In this document: in pieces, positions 47,753-57,450 of the stretch
How positions within the stretch are numbered: the first letter of the stretch is position 1
How the letters are laid out: each line of letters opens with the position of its first letter
Source: Nitrosarchaeum sp.
GTDB lineage: Archaea > Thermoproteota > Nitrososphaeria > Nitrososphaerales > Nitrosopumilaceae
Assembly: GCA_965223865.1 (NCBI GenBank)
Contig: OZ245020.1
Location: 32,001-96,000 of the forward strand
Length of the DNA stretch: 64,000 nt
Reading direction: 5' to 3'
Position numbers and translations under genes: made by a program
The notes under the pieces: generated by a model
Database searches by the model: none
What the model was told of the DNA's origin: nothing
The model's input: the letters and a program-made list of their open reading frames with translations, nothing else

Positions 47753-49240
47753 TCAATCCAATTTGTTTTTCCATATAGAATTACTTTCACCACTGTTTTG
47801 AGCTCTGCTCTTAAAGTATTCAGAATGAATAATTGCAGCTGCTAATGCTGCTTCACTCTTGACTTCTTTTTCTTTCTTAAGATCTTCAGATAGTTTGTCA
47901 ATCATGTTATAACGTTTCAAAAAGTCAGTTGATAGTTGTCCATTTTTGTATTCTTCAGAGTTTAGAATTGTTTTGTAAAGTGGAATTGATGTTTCTACTC
48001 CTTGAATGTAAAAGTCGTTTAATGCAGTGAGCATTCTTGTTCTTGATTCATCAAATGTTGGTCCCCATGTACATAGTTTAGCCATTAAGGAATCATAAAA
48101 TGGAGATACAGTACAACCAGGATAGAGGTAAGTATCACATCTTACATTTGGTCCTGAAGGAATAATTACATCAGGCACAGGACCGGTAGAGGGAGCAAAA
48201 TCCAAGAAAGTATCTTCGGCATTAATTCTGCATTCAATTGCATAGCCGTTCATCTTAAGATCACTTTGTTTGAATGGAAGTGGTTCTCCGTTGGCAATAT
48301 CAATTTGTAATTTAACAAAGTCTAATCCTGAAACCATTTCACTAATGGGGTGTTCTACTTGGAGTCTTGCGTTAATCTCAATAAAATAAAAGTCTCCAGA
48401 GTCTGCTCTTAAGAATTCTGCTGTGCCAAGGTTAGTATAATCAACAGCTTCTGCTGCTTTAACAACTAGTTCACCAATTTCTTCTCTTTTTGCTTCATCT
48501 ACTACAGGAGATGGAGTTTGTTCAATTAGTTTTTGATTTCGTCTTTGGATGGAACATTCTCTTTCAAAGAGATGTACTGCATTACCATGATGATCTCTAC
48601 ACATTTGATATTCAATGTGTCTTGTTTTTTCAAGGAATTTTTCAACAATGATTGCAGATTTTCCAACAGCAGCTATAGATTCAGATGTTACTGTTGCAAA
48701 ACCTTCTCGTAGTTCTTTATCATTAGTAACTAATCTAATTCCACGACCTCCACCACCATAGACTGATTTTAAAAGTACAGGATAGCCAATTTCATTTGCA
48801 ATTTTTTCCGCTTCATCTGCATCATCTACTAGTCCTGGACTTCCAGGTACCGTTGGAACTTTAGCTTTTAACATTGCAGCTTTACATTCCATTTTATCAC
48901 CACATAGATTCATTGAATCAGCAGATGGACCAATGAAATTAATTTTATTTTTTTCACAAAGTCTTGCAAAGTCATCGTTTTCAGATAGAAAACCATAACC
49001 GGGATGCACAGCATCTGTGCCTGAAGACAACATCACTTCAAGAATTTTTTCTTGGTTAAGATAGGATTTTGCAGGAGCTGCTTCTCCAATGTGATAAGAT
49101 TCATCAGCTTTCTTAACATGTAAAGAATTGTAATCTTCATCAGAATATACTGCAACCGTCTTTATGCCTAATGCATTGCATGTTCTAATTACTCTAAGAG
49201 CAATTTCTCCTCTGTTTGCGATAAGTACTTTCTCAATCAT
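47753..49240 (-). CDS. accC: Biotin carboxylase subunit of acetyl/propionyl-CoA carboxylase (HP/HB cycle)
   Basis: LIANRGEIA, HPGYGFLSE, GGGGRG, ERECSIQRR and RLQVEH; alternative start at 49249. Confidence 0.96.
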   Translation of the reverse strand: MIEKVLIANRGEIALRVIRTCNALGIKTVAVYSDEDYNSLHVKKADESYHIGEAAPAKSYLNQEKILEVMLSSGTDAVHPGYGFLSENDDFARLCEKNKINFIGPSADSMNLCGDKMECKAAMLKAKVPTVPGSPGLVDDADEAEKIANEIGYPVLLKSVYGGGGRGIRLVTNDKELREGFATVTSESIAAVGKSAIIVEKFLEKTRHIEYQMCRDHHGNAVHLFERECSIQRRNQKLIEQTPSPVVDEAKREEIGELVVKAAEAVDYTNLGTAEFLRADSGDFYFIEINARLQVEHPISEMVSGLDFVKLQIDIANGEPLPFKQSDLKMNGYAIECRINAEDTFLDFAPSTGPVPDVIIPSGPNVRCDTYLYPGCTVSPFYDSLMAKLCTWGPTFDESRTRMLTALNDFYIQGVETSIPLYKTILNSEEYKNGQLSTDFLKRYNMIDKLSEDLKKEKEVKSEAALAAAIIHSEYFKSRAQNSGESNSIWKNKLD

Positions 49241-49245
49241 TTTAA

Positions 49246-50793
49246 TCACAAATTGATATTTCCATGTTTTCTGGGAAGCTGTTTTTCTCTTTTATTTTGA
49301 AGCATTTCAAGGGCTTTAATTAGCATCGGTCTTGTTTCTGCTGGGTCAATTACATTATCAACAGTTCCATGTGAGGCTGCTACGTATGGATTTTCAAACT
49401 TTTCTGCAAATTCATCAATTAATTCTTTCTTTTTCGCTTCAGGATCTGAAGATTCTGCAATTTCTTTTCTTGACATAATTTTTACTGCAGCTTCTGCTCC
49501 TAATACTGCACATCTTGCAGTTGGCCATGCATAATTAATGTCAGTTCTAAGATTTTTACTTCCCATAGCAATGTAAGCACCACCATATGCCTTGCCAATT
49601 ACAAGAGTTATTCTTGGTACTGTAGCTTCACAATACGCATAAAGCAGTTTACTTCCATGTCGGATTATACCGTTATGCTCCTGATTAGAACCTGGCATGT
49701 AACCAGGAGTATCTACTAGAGTTATTATGGGTATGTTAAATGCATCACAAAATCTAATGAAACGTGCTGCTTTGTTTGATGAATCAATGTCAAGTGCACC
49801 AGCAAGATGCATTGGATTGTTTGCGATAATTCCAACTACTGTACCATTCATTCTACCATAACCTACAACGACATTTGGTGCAAACAGTTCATGAACTTCA
49901 AAGAATTCATGGTTATCAACAATTGAATTGATGATTTCTTTCATGTCATATGGTTGAAGTGGGTTATCTGGAATAACATTAATCAAATTATGATCCAATC
50001 TGTTAGGATCATCATCAGTAGTCGTTCTTGGTGGTTCTTCAGTATTGTTTTGTGGAATAAATGAGATTAATTTTCTAATGTAATCCATGCATTCATATTC
50101 ATTTTGAGCAACAAAATGTGCAACACCACTTTTTGTTCCATGAGTCATAGCACCACCCAAGTCATCAAATGAAATGTCTTCACCCAATACAGTCTTGACT
50201 ACATCAGGACCTGTAACAAACATAGTACCTGCTTTTTCTACCATTATTACAAAGTCAGTCATAGCTGGTGAATATACTGAACCACCAGCGGATGGACCAA
50301 TACTTGCAGTAATTTGTGGAATAACACCAGAAGCTAATTGATTGTGATAAAAGATATCTGCAAAGCCATCAAGACTCATAATTCCTTCTTGAATTCTTGC
50401 ACCGCCAGAATCCATTATACCTATTATTGGACATCCCGTTCGCAGTGCATGATCCATAAGTTTTGTAATTTTTTTAGCACCCATTTGACTTAGTGTGCCA
50501 CCAAGCACAGTAAAATCATAGGCAAAAACAAAGATCTGTCTTCCACTAACTGTTCCATATCCGCCAACAACACCGTCAGTATAGAATTTCTTTTTCTGCA
50601 TATTATATTCGTGATAGTGATGGGTTGTTAATGGATCAACTTCTACAAAAGTACCCTCGTCCAGTAATAGATCAATTCTCTCTCGTGCAGTTAGCTTTCC
50701 TTTCTCATGTTGGGCTTTAATTCTATCTTGTCCTCCTCCCTGTAAAGATATTTTTTTTATCTTAGAATATTCCTCAATTTTTTCGGAACTCAT
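49246..50793 (-). CDS. pccB: Carboxyltransferase subunit of acetyl/propionyl-CoA carboxylase
   Basis: GKLTARERI, DSGGARIQEG, DTPGY and KAYGGAY. Confidence 0.95.
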   Translation of the reverse strand: MSSEKIEEYSKIKKISLQGGGQDRIKAQHEKGKLTARERIDLLLDEGTFVEVDPLTTHHYHEYNMQKKKFYTDGVVGGYGTVSGRQIFVFAYDFTVLGGTLSQMGAKKITKLMDHALRTGCPIIGIMDSGGARIQEGIMSLDGFADIFYHNQLASGVIPQITASIGPSAGGSVYSPAMTDFVIMVEKAGTMFVTGPDVVKTVLGEDISFDDLGGAMTHGTKSGVAHFVAQNEYECMDYIRKLISFIPQNNTEEPPRTTTDDDPNRLDHNLINVIPDNPLQPYDMKEIINSIVDNHEFFEVHELFAPNVVVGYGRMNGTVVGIIANNPMHLAGALDIDSSNKAARFIRFCDAFNIPIITLVDTPGYMPGSNQEHNGIIRHGSKLLYAYCEATVPRITLVIGKAYGGAYIAMGSKNLRTDINYAWPTARCAVLGAEAAVKIMSRKEIAESSDPEAKKKELIDEFAEKFENPYVAASHGTVDNVIDPAETRPMLIKALEMLQNKREKQLPRKHGNINL

Positions 50794-50913
50794 ATCGACA
50801 ATTAAATGATATAATATACCTATATTAATTTAGTTTGGTCAGAGATTCAACTAGGATGTTTTTATCATGATTAATTAAAATTGTGAATTTTTCTAAAAAA
50901 TTATTATGAATCT

Positions 50914-51231
50914 CTAAGAATTGAGATGAATTAATGGAAATTTTTTATTCGCAGATATTTGATAAGATTTAAAGACATCTTTTTCTTGACTGCATTTTTT
51001 ACAAATACATAACTGAGAAACTTTTTCAATATTACAATTATCTTGAAATTCACACTGGGAGCACCCTGCTGGACCGCCACATACAATACATTGTAATTCG
51101 TTAATTTTTGCACATTTCTCATGTTTAACTCCAAGTCCTTTTGCCCACAATCCCATTTCATTGATCTGAATTTTTTCATTACAGACAATGCAGGTTCCAG
51201 GAAACTTCATGGGAATTTTACGCCAACTCAA
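50914..51231 (-). CDS. Cys-rich (11 Cys) putative multi-zinc-finger protein
   Basis: CIVC...HEKC, CIVC, CSQC and CICKKC; start overlaps the rfcL stop. Confidence 0.75.
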   Translation of the reverse strand: MSWRKIPMKFPGTCIVCNEKIQINEMGLWAKGLGVKHEKCAKINELQCIVCGGPAGCSQCEFQDNCNIEKVSQLCICKKCSQEKDVFKSYQISANKKFPLIHLNS

Positions 51232-52397
51232 TTTAACAACTCAATCTCCTTTTCAATAATATCTCCAAATGTTTCTTCAAATTCTAAATCTAATTTTTTA
51301 TTTTTTATACAAAACAAAAAAAATGGAAAGCCAAATGTTGCAAAAGCACTGGATGACAGATGTAATTTCTTTGCCATTACTGAAGATAATGCTTTAATTT
51401 TTCTTCCATCCCATCTTATTCGATTAAGTAGAGGCCAAGACAAATTATATTGTGTGTATCTAATACGATCGTCATTTTTGTAAAGTTTTAATAAAATTTC
51501 ATTCAAATAGCGTAATAATCTCCAATTTTGTGTCTTCATAATTTTCCCATAGAGAATATCGGCTTCTGATAATGTTTTCAAAAATTTTGCAAGTGTTTGG
51601 TTGTTTAGATTACTTGTAATAATACTAGAATAAAATGAATCAATCTTTTGCTTTGGATCTATTTGCATGGAATACAAAATACTTCTTGCTTCATCAAGTG
51701 AATTTGCTTTAAAGAAAGCGTTAATCCCATCTTCAACATTAATACTTTCAAAAGATTGATCTGTTTGGGGATTAAATCCTGTAACAAGTGATTGTGCAAG
51801 ATTAATCATAGAACGAATATCACCGTGAGATTTATCAATTACTTTGATGATAGAACCCGGACTTAGCTTTGCACCTTCTTTATTCAAAATGCTTTCAAGA
51901 TAAATACGTACAAGTCTTGGTGGAATTGGTTTGAAATAAATTGTTTTTACAACTTTCTTGATGCTCTTCATTTTATCAGAGGAATCAGAGTTTGCAGCAA
52001 GCACAATAGGAATTGTAGGCTCTTTTAGAATTTGAATTAGGGCCTCAGCACCACCATAGTCTCCTCTTCCATGAATTCCATCTACCTCATCTACAAATAT
52101 CATTGGCATGCCTAAAACACTAACATTTCCTAAAACTGGGGAAAGAATTTCATTGATTCTTGATTTACTTCTTACATCACTTGCATTTAGTCCAATCATG
52201 TCATAGCCAAACTGTTTTGCAGTAAGGTATGCAATTGTTGTCTTTCCAATTCCTGGAGGTCCAACAAGCAGAATTGGTTTAGTTCCTTTTTTCCATTTTG
52301 CAAACCATTCCATAATTGTGGCACGTGATTCTTCATTGCCAACCATGTCAGAGACATTTTGAGGCCGGTGTTTCTCAGACCACATCATTTTAATCAC
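51228..52397 (-). CDS. rfcL: Replication factor C large subunit
   Basis: WSEKHRP, GPPGIGKTT, LNASDVR, DEVDG, GDIRS and WRLLRY. Confidence 0.92.
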   Translation of the reverse strand: MIKMMWSEKHRPQNVSDMVGNEESRATIMEWFAKWKKGTKPILLVGPPGIGKTTIAYLTAKQFGYDMIGLNASDVRSKSRINEILSPVLGNVSVLGMPMIFVDEVDGIHGRGDYGGAEALIQILKEPTIPIVLAANSDSSDKMKSIKKVVKTIYFKPIPPRLVRIYLESILNKEGAKLSPGSIIKVIDKSHGDIRSMINLAQSLVTGFNPQTDQSFESINVEDGINAFFKANSLDEARSILYSMQIDPKQKIDSFYSSIITSNLNNQTLAKFLKTLSEADILYGKIMKTQNWRLLRYLNEILLKLYKNDDRIRYTQYNLSWPLLNRIRWDGRKIKALSSVMAKKLHLSSSAFATFGFPFFLFCIKNKKLDLEFEETFGDIIEKEIELLN

Positions 52398-53509
52398 TTT
52401 GGGAGTTTAGTTTCAAACTTTGACCATTTGTTTGCTTTTTCCAGTTGGTTGTACCAATATTGGTTATAGTGTTCAACCGTTAAAAACAAAAATTCTAAAA
52501 ATTCTTTATGTGTAAAGTCTTCAGGTAACAATTCAAGTGCCAAACGTGCATCCTGTAGGAACAAATTACTTTTTGCAAGTGTAATTTTAAATCCTTTTTT
52601 TACATCATTTGATAATAATGAATAGTAAAGGGGCCATGAAGGGATTTTTACAAAACCATTTTTGATAGAATCCTCGATTTCATTTCCACATCCAACACCT
52701 TCTGCTGCTCTTGCCATTCCCAAATAGAAAATTTCACCAAGAGGTCGTTCAGCAAGCGCCATATTTCTTCCAGCAGTTCCCATTACAGCACGATATTTTT
52801 TGTATGACAAGTTCATTTCTTCTTCAGTAATTGTTGTTGGTTTTGATTTTAATTTCTCATCAAGGTATTGACCAATTCTTGCATCCTTGAATCCTTCTTC
52901 AAATTCTTTGAGAACGTGATCACCACCTTTAGAAATCTTATCTCTAGCAAGTTTCAAAATGTAGGGATTCATCAATTTGTAATCATCAAGATAATCTAAA
53001 TCTTCATCTTTATCTACAATCCTATCCATTGGTTCACTAAGGTCAATTGCTAAAATATGACCTTCTACCATATCTTGTTTTAATTGAGAATCTTTTCTTC
53101 CTGTATACTCTGCGGCGCCATCAAATAATGCATTAAACACAGGAAATGTCATTTTTACAAAATTAGAATTTAAAATACGCAAAACTCTGTCTTTTAATAC
53201 ATCAGGATTTTCTAGTTTTGACTTGATGGAATCAATCTCTGATGCTGGCAAAATAATTTCAGTAGAACCAATTTCTTCACCAAATGCTTGTTGTGTAGAA
53301 TTTGGAGAAGTATCAGATTTAATTTCTTGTAGTAAACCTGTTACAAATCTTTCAGTGAAATTTGGGAATTCGTTTTCAGTTTCTTCTTTGTATTTGTTAA
53401 ATAATTTGTAACCTTTTGATTTGAATAAGCCTTGCCTCATTATTTGTTTTCCAGGTTTTGTACTCATCAAAGCTTCTTTACTAACAACAGATTGATCTTT
53501 TCCACTCAC
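52394..53509 (-). CDS. Hypothetical protein (371 aa, predicted helical)
   Basis: Long clean ORF whose stop overlaps the rfcL start; no motif recognised. Confidence 0.8.
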   Translation of the reverse strand: MSGKDQSVVSKEALMSTKPGKQIMRQGLFKSKGYKLFNKYKEETENEFPNFTERFVTGLLQEIKSDTSPNSTQQAFGEEIGSTEIILPASEIDSIKSKLENPDVLKDRVLRILNSNFVKMTFPVFNALFDGAAEYTGRKDSQLKQDMVEGHILAIDLSEPMDRIVDKDEDLDYLDDYKLMNPYILKLARDKISKGGDHVLKEFEEGFKDARIGQYLDEKLKSKPTTITEEEMNLSYKKYRAVMGTAGRNMALAERPLGEIFYLGMARAAEGVGCGNEIEDSIKNGFVKIPSWPLYYSLLSNDVKKGFKITLAKSNLFLQDARLALELLPEDFTHKEFLEFLFLTVEHYNQYWYNQLEKANKWSKFETKLPK

Positions 53510-53594
53510 AAACGATGACTTGTTTCTTGATATTTATGCTTTCAAATTTTTAAAACATATTTCACTTAAATTACGAGAATAGAAATTATGAACC

Positions 53595-54392
53595 ATGGAG
53601 GTTATTGAAATTTTACGGGAAGCCTCAAAAAAAATTCATGAAAATGTAAAAGATTTGGCAGGAACTGAAAATGCAGCCGGTGATTTTGGTAGAGGTGCAG
53701 GAGGAGATATTTCACGAAATATAGACATTATCGCTGAAAAAACTGTTTTAGATTATCTAAAGGAAATTGAATTTGAATGTGTTGTTTTAGGGGAGGAATG
53801 TGGAAGAATAGAATTATCTGAAAATCCAAAAGGATTTGTCATAATGGATGCAATAGATGGTTCTGCAAATGCTGTAAGAGGGGTACCATTTTTCTGCAGC
53901 TCCCTTGCATTTGCGACTGAAGACAGACTAAGTTCCATTACAGATGGAGTCATCACCAATCTTTCAAATGGAGAGGTATATTGGGCATCAAAAAACAAAG
54001 GTGCATTCTTGAATGATTCTAAAATTCAAGTTCATGACAAGGATCCAATTTACAAGATAGTAGGAATAAACACCTCAGGTGCTACTACCAACCTAATGAA
54101 AAAGCTTCATCCCATATTTGAGCAACATAACCACACAAGACATTTTGGAGCAAATGCATTAGAGATGGCTTTGTTTGCAAGAGGATTTATGGATATTTTT
54201 ATTGATTTGAGAAATAAAATTAGAATACAAGATATAGCAGCAGGGTATTTGATTGTAAAAGAAGCTGGGGGATTGCTTTTAGATTCAGAATTAAGACCTC
54301 TTGATGCAGACCTCAGCTACGAAACAAGATTATCTTTTATTGCAGCTGCAAATCAAAAGATCTTAGATGAAATTTTTTCACAAATAAAATAG
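53595..54392 (+). CDS. Inositol monophosphatase / FBPase family protein
   Basis: GEE, DAIDGS.N and DIAAG..IVKEAGG motifs. Confidence 0.92.
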   Translation: MEVIEILREASKKIHENVKDLAGTENAAGDFGRGAGGDISRNIDIIAEKTVLDYLKEIEFECVVLGEECGRIELSENPKGFVIMDAIDGSANAVRGVPFFCSSLAFATEDRLSSITDGVITNLSNGEVYWASKNKGAFLNDSKIQVHDKDPIYKIVGINTSGATTNLMKKLHPIFEQHNHTRHFGANALEMALFARGFMDIFIDLRNKIRIQDIAAGYLIVKEAGGLLLDSELRPLDADLSYETRLSFIAAANQKILDEIFSQIK

Positions 54393-54434
54393 TATAGTTA
54401 CAAATTTTGAATTTGAAATTATAGTTTTTGCAAA

Positions 54435-55274
54435 CTAGCCATAAGACTCGTATTTTATTTCGTAGCTTCCATCTGGATGTTTATCATCTTTTGTAACAAA
54501 CCCCTTTGGTCCTAAATTTGAAATTACACCATCTATCAGACCTTGATAACCACAAATGTAGATTTTTGAATTTTGAGGAGTTACTTCTTCTCCAACTAGT
54601 TCATCTATTGGAGAGACACCTTGTTTATTTGGTTTAAACCATGATTCAACTCGTCCAACATGACCGTTCCATGACCTATTAAAGAATTCTTTTGGTCTAC
54701 TAATTGCAGGTCCATATATGAAGTTCCATTCGTCTTTGCCTCTTTCAATGCTCTCATTTTGAAGATCAGTAAAAAGACGTTTGTAACTTAATTCATCAAC
54801 ATAACTCGCACCATGTAAAACAACAATTTGGCGTTTATCTCCTGTATCATGAAAATGTTTTGCATATGCAACAAAAGGTGCAATTCCTGTTCCACCACCA
54901 ACGCATATGATTCGTCTCATATCAGGTTCTCCATTAGGCAGCTTATCATCAATTAGCAATTCCTGACCGGTTGGAGCACCTAAAGAAACTTCATCCCCAA
55001 CATTTGCATAAAACAACTCAGTCGTTACTCTACCAGGTAGTGGTTTTCTAACCCATCTAATCACAAATTCAAAATAATCACGGTTCTCTGCGTGTGATGC
55101 AATAGAATATGCTCTCCTAACGACCTTTTGCTCTGAAGGAATTGGTACACCTATTGTAAGAAATTGGCCTGTTTTGTATTCTGGCATACCACTATCAGGA
55201 ACTATTCGAATCACAACAAGATCTTCTCTTAATAATTCCATGTAGGTAATCTTTGCCTTGGTCTCAGATACCAT
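54435..55274 (-). CDS. Ferredoxin--NADP+ reductase-like flavoprotein
   Basis: GQF, RAYSIAS, GGTGIAPF and YICG motifs; terminal YESYG. Confidence 0.9.
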   Translation of the reverse strand: MVSETKAKITYMELLREDLVVIRIVPDSGMPEYKTGQFLTIGVPIPSEQKVVRRAYSIASHAENRDYFEFVIRWVRKPLPGRVTTELFYANVGDEVSLGAPTGQELLIDDKLPNGEPDMRRIICVGGGTGIAPFVAYAKHFHDTGDKRQIVVLHGASYVDELSYKRLFTDLQNESIERGKDEWNFIYGPAISRPKEFFNRSWNGHVGRVESWFKPNKQGVSPIDELVGEEVTPQNSKIYICGYQGLIDGVISNLGPKGFVTKDDKHPDGSYEIKYESYG

Positions 55275-55471
55275 ACAGAATAAATTACCCGACTTTGGAT
55301 AAATGTATTTCTCTTGAATTTCAGATCAAAATAATCTTAAATTCAATTTGGAAACTCTGTTTTAAATTCAAGAATAACCAAAATTTTCATTAGAATAGTT
55401 GATTGAATTGTTCCTTATCACTAGGATGATAGAACCTTTTAATTTTTATATTCAATATATTTATGATAATT

Positions 55472-55633
55472 GTGGCAAGACTAAGATGTAATGATTATGG
55501 TTTTGAATGTGAATTCGTAGCTGAAGGTGAAATTGAACCAGTTATTGAGGAATTTGCTAAACATACTGAAGAAGTGCATGGAATAGATTATTCTAGAGAG
55601 GCTTTGATGCAGTTTATCCTTAGACAGGGTTAA
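55472..55633 (+). CDS. DUF1059-like small metal-binding protein, not in the ORF track
   Basis: (M)ARLRCNDYGFECEFVAEGEIEPVIEEFAKHTEEVHGIDYSREALMQFILRQG*: C-x6-C...H-x4-HG; alternative ATG at 55463. Confidence 0.8.
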   Translation: MARLRCNDYGFECEFVAEGEIEPVIEEFAKHTEEVHGIDYSREALMQFILRQG

Positions 55634-55663
55634 TTTTGAAAATTTTGTTTTTTTAAAATTTGT

Positions 55664-56731
55664 TTATATTCTTTTCATCGTAGCTGATAAAACAGGTAAT
55701 TCTTTTGCAATAATTTTTTCTACAGCAGGTACAATACCAGATCGTGCTTTAACGTTCTCATCATAAATCTCCGCTACTTGATCCCTAAACAACAATTTGA
55801 TTCCAGGTAGGGCAGTTATTCCTTCTTCAACTGCTCTAGGATCTGAAATGTCTAAAATCAAAGTTCCTTTCTTCTTTTCTTCCATTACCAATTTAATTCT
55901 GTCATAAGTAATCAAAAAGTAATCAGCAGTAGTTGCAATAATAATTATATCAAATTTATCAAATCCAGCTAAAACATCTTCAAATGCAATAGGTTTACCT
56001 CCAAGAATTTGTGAGAAGTTTGTGGCACGCTCAATTGTTCTACTAGTTACTTCAAATGGGATTTGTTTCGTGTTCAAAGTTTTAGCAACCATTGCAGCAG
56101 GCTCACCGGTACCAATGAGCAAAATTTTCTTCTTTGCGTCAAGGCCAGCTTTTTCATCTACTAGTTTTAGGGCCACATCACCTATGGATACAACATCTTT
56201 ACTTATTTCAGTGGAATCTCTAATAGATGTTGTAAGTCTAATTACACTTTCAAATAATTTGTTGAGGATTTTTCCAGAAAATTCTTTTTGTTTTGCATTT
56301 GCAAGAGATTCCTTTATCTCATCAAATATTTCCTGTTTTCCAACTACAACAGAATCAAGTCCGCAAGACAATCGTAGTAAATGAAGATAGACATCGTCTC
56401 CTTTGTAAACTTCTAATGTTTGATCAAAGTGATCAATATCATTTGGTTCTAGTGTAGAATGTTGTTCCCACATTTCTTTTATCTTGTTTAAGATTAGAAC
56501 TTTTCCTTCAGCTCTTCTTACATCTGGACTATCAGTTTCAACATTGCTTACCGTAAAAATTTCGACTCTGCTAGCAGTTTGAATTATTATGCACTCATCA
56601 ACACCTGGAATAGTTTTGAAAGCTTCACATGCCGCATTTACATCTTTGAATGCAAACCTAGCTAGTGCATGTAATGGAATATTTTTGAAAGTCACTCGTG
56701 CATTTAAAACATCAAATTTTACTTCGCTCAT
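55664..56731 (-). CDS. Glutamyl-tRNA reductase (HemA)-like paralogue lacking the catalytic Cys and the dimerisation domain
   Basis: QTASRVE (canonical TCNRxE), CGLDS.VVGKQEI, VSIG, GTGE, SRT.ERA and DISDPR.VE; ends after the long helix. Confidence 0.85.
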   Translation of the reverse strand: MSEVKFDVLNARVTFKNIPLHALARFAFKDVNAACEAFKTIPGVDECIIIQTASRVEIFTVSNVETDSPDVRRAEGKVLILNKIKEMWEQHSTLEPNDIDHFDQTLEVYKGDDVYLHLLRLSCGLDSVVVGKQEIFDEIKESLANAKQKEFSGKILNKLFESVIRLTTSIRDSTEISKDVVSIGDVALKLVDEKAGLDAKKKILLIGTGEPAAMVAKTLNTKQIPFEVTSRTIERATNFSQILGGKPIAFEDVLAGFDKFDIIIIATTADYFLITYDRIKLVMEEKKKGTLILDISDPRAVEEGITALPGIKLLFRDQVAEIYDENVKARSGIVPAVEKIIAKELPVLSATMKRI

Positions 56732-56742
56732 GATATCACCAT

Positions 56743-57450
56743 CTATGTTTTTCCTTTACTTCTTCCACCTTTAGCAGTTCGAAAAACATTCATTCCAAGA
56801 TAAAAGTTTTCATGTAAAGATTCTAAATAGGCAAGATCATTTTCAGCATCTTTAATTTCTTTTTCAGTTGATTCAGGATCCTGTTTAATTCTTGCAAGTT
56901 TTTGTCGTGTTTCCTCTAAAAAGTTACCAACTCCGGATTCATAATTTGATACACCTCCAAATTCTGGACTAAGGATGTGTTCTGGATTGTATTCAGGAGT
57001 GTTATCAACTGGGATTTCAGCTTTTTTAGTAAGTGCTTCTTGTTGTTCGGCAGATAATATTGGAACTGGGAATCGATCTTTTTTATCCAACCAAAATTCT
57101 GGTTCACCCATATCCCTTCTAAAAATAACTTCACTTGATCTCTTGTCAGTGTATTCAGATGGTTTTGCTGCTTCAGCCTTTACCTCTTCGGCTATTGCTT
57201 TGTATTCAGCTTCTGCTGCTTTTTCAGCAGCAGCTTTGAGTTCTTCAGCTTTTGCTAATGCTGCTTTTGCTGCAGCCTCTGCCTCTTCAGCTGCTTTTGC
57301 AGCTTTTGCTGCTTCTTCAATGGCGTTGTTTGCTACTGCGGTCTGGTCAGCCTGTATGTTTTCATTAGTTTCTGACTTAGTTTCCTTTTCTGATGCTGAA
57401 TTCACTGCTGGTTTTTCTTTAACTTCAGTTTCTTTTTTTTCTTCAGACAT
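56743..57450 (-). CDS. Hypothetical protein with an Ala/Glu/Lys-rich helical segment
   Basis: EEAAKAAKAAEEAEAAAKAALAKAEELKAAAEKAAEAE tract; higher-complexity C-terminal region. Confidence 0.8.
   Translation of the reverse strand: MSEEKKETEVKEKPAVNSASEKETKSETNENIQADQTAVANNAIEEAAKAAKAAEEAEAAAKAALAKAEELKAAAEKAAEAEYKAIAEEVKAEAAKPSEYTDKRSSEVIFRRDMGEPEFWLDKKDRFPVPILSAEQQEALTKKAEIPVDNTPEYNPEHILSPEFGGVSNYESGVGNFLEETRQKLARIKQDPESTEKEIKDAENDLAYLESLHENFYLGMNVFRTAKGGRSKGKT

Noticed and set aside
50931-51483. Track ORFs 50931..51188(-) and 51121..51483(+)
   Set aside because: Overlap the Cys-rich gene and rfcL; no independent evidence
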